The notes beneath the pieces are model-generated. The model saw nothing but the letters and a program-made list of their open reading frames with translations. It had not been told where the DNA came from and ran no database searches. Both the position numbers and the translations under genes were made by a program. Source: Hyphochytrium catenoides (lineage: Eukaryota; Protista; Hyphochytriomycota). From it: 64,000 nt of DNA. Of this stretch, positions 63,881 to 64,000 are shown in pieces. Each line of letters begins with the position of its first letter. Position 1 is the stretch's first letter. The stretch covers positions 62,001-126,000 of the forward strand of contig FLMG01002864.1 in the NCBI GenBank assembly GCA_900088475.1, read 5' to 3'.

Positions 63881-64000
63881 GCGTTGACCATTGCTTTTTA
63901 TAGAGCATGGTGAGGGAACTACTTGTGTTTGACTGCTTTGTATCCATCATCATTATGACCTGAACCTGGCCTGTCAGAACGGGCGTGTCGTTCGATTCTA

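Noticed and set aside
1-64000. Introner-like repeated introns, U12 AT-AC introns, CRISPR arrays, rRNA
   Set aside because: None were seen by eye. An all-against-all intron comparison was not run, so weak similarity could have been missed.

Overview
Gene-dense, intron-rich eukaryotic DNA (about 50% GC, short GT-AG introns, standard genetic code, three N-gaps). It is probably a protist, possibly a stramenopile, but the lineage cannot be fixed from this window. Genes recognised by manual exon joining, left to right: a Tubby-domain gene (-); a multidomain Dpy-30/IQ/WW gene (-); SZT2 (-, 15.6 kb); DDX52/ROK1 (+); a hypothetical coiled-coil gene (-); a P4-ATPase lipid flippase (+); an MGxxxS-PH-DCN1 fusion (+); NOC4 (-); dynein roadblock light chain (+); an STK11IP-like LRR gene (+); ALDH7A1 (-); a decayed partial JMJD7 copy abutting a Ty3/gypsy RNase H fragment; and intact JMJD7 (-). 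Decayed ORFs with weak tyrosine-recombinase-like motifs lie at both window ends. The best novelty candidate is the predicted N-myristoylated PH-DCN1 (cullin neddylation co-E3) fusion. Its cullin-binding AWP motif is missing from the spliced frame but present at the matching position in an alternative frame. The second candidate is a PAN/apple-like module flanked by phase-1 introns inside a putative SH3/KOW-like barrel. All family calls come from recalled motifs; no database search was run, and exon boundaries are manual predictions.
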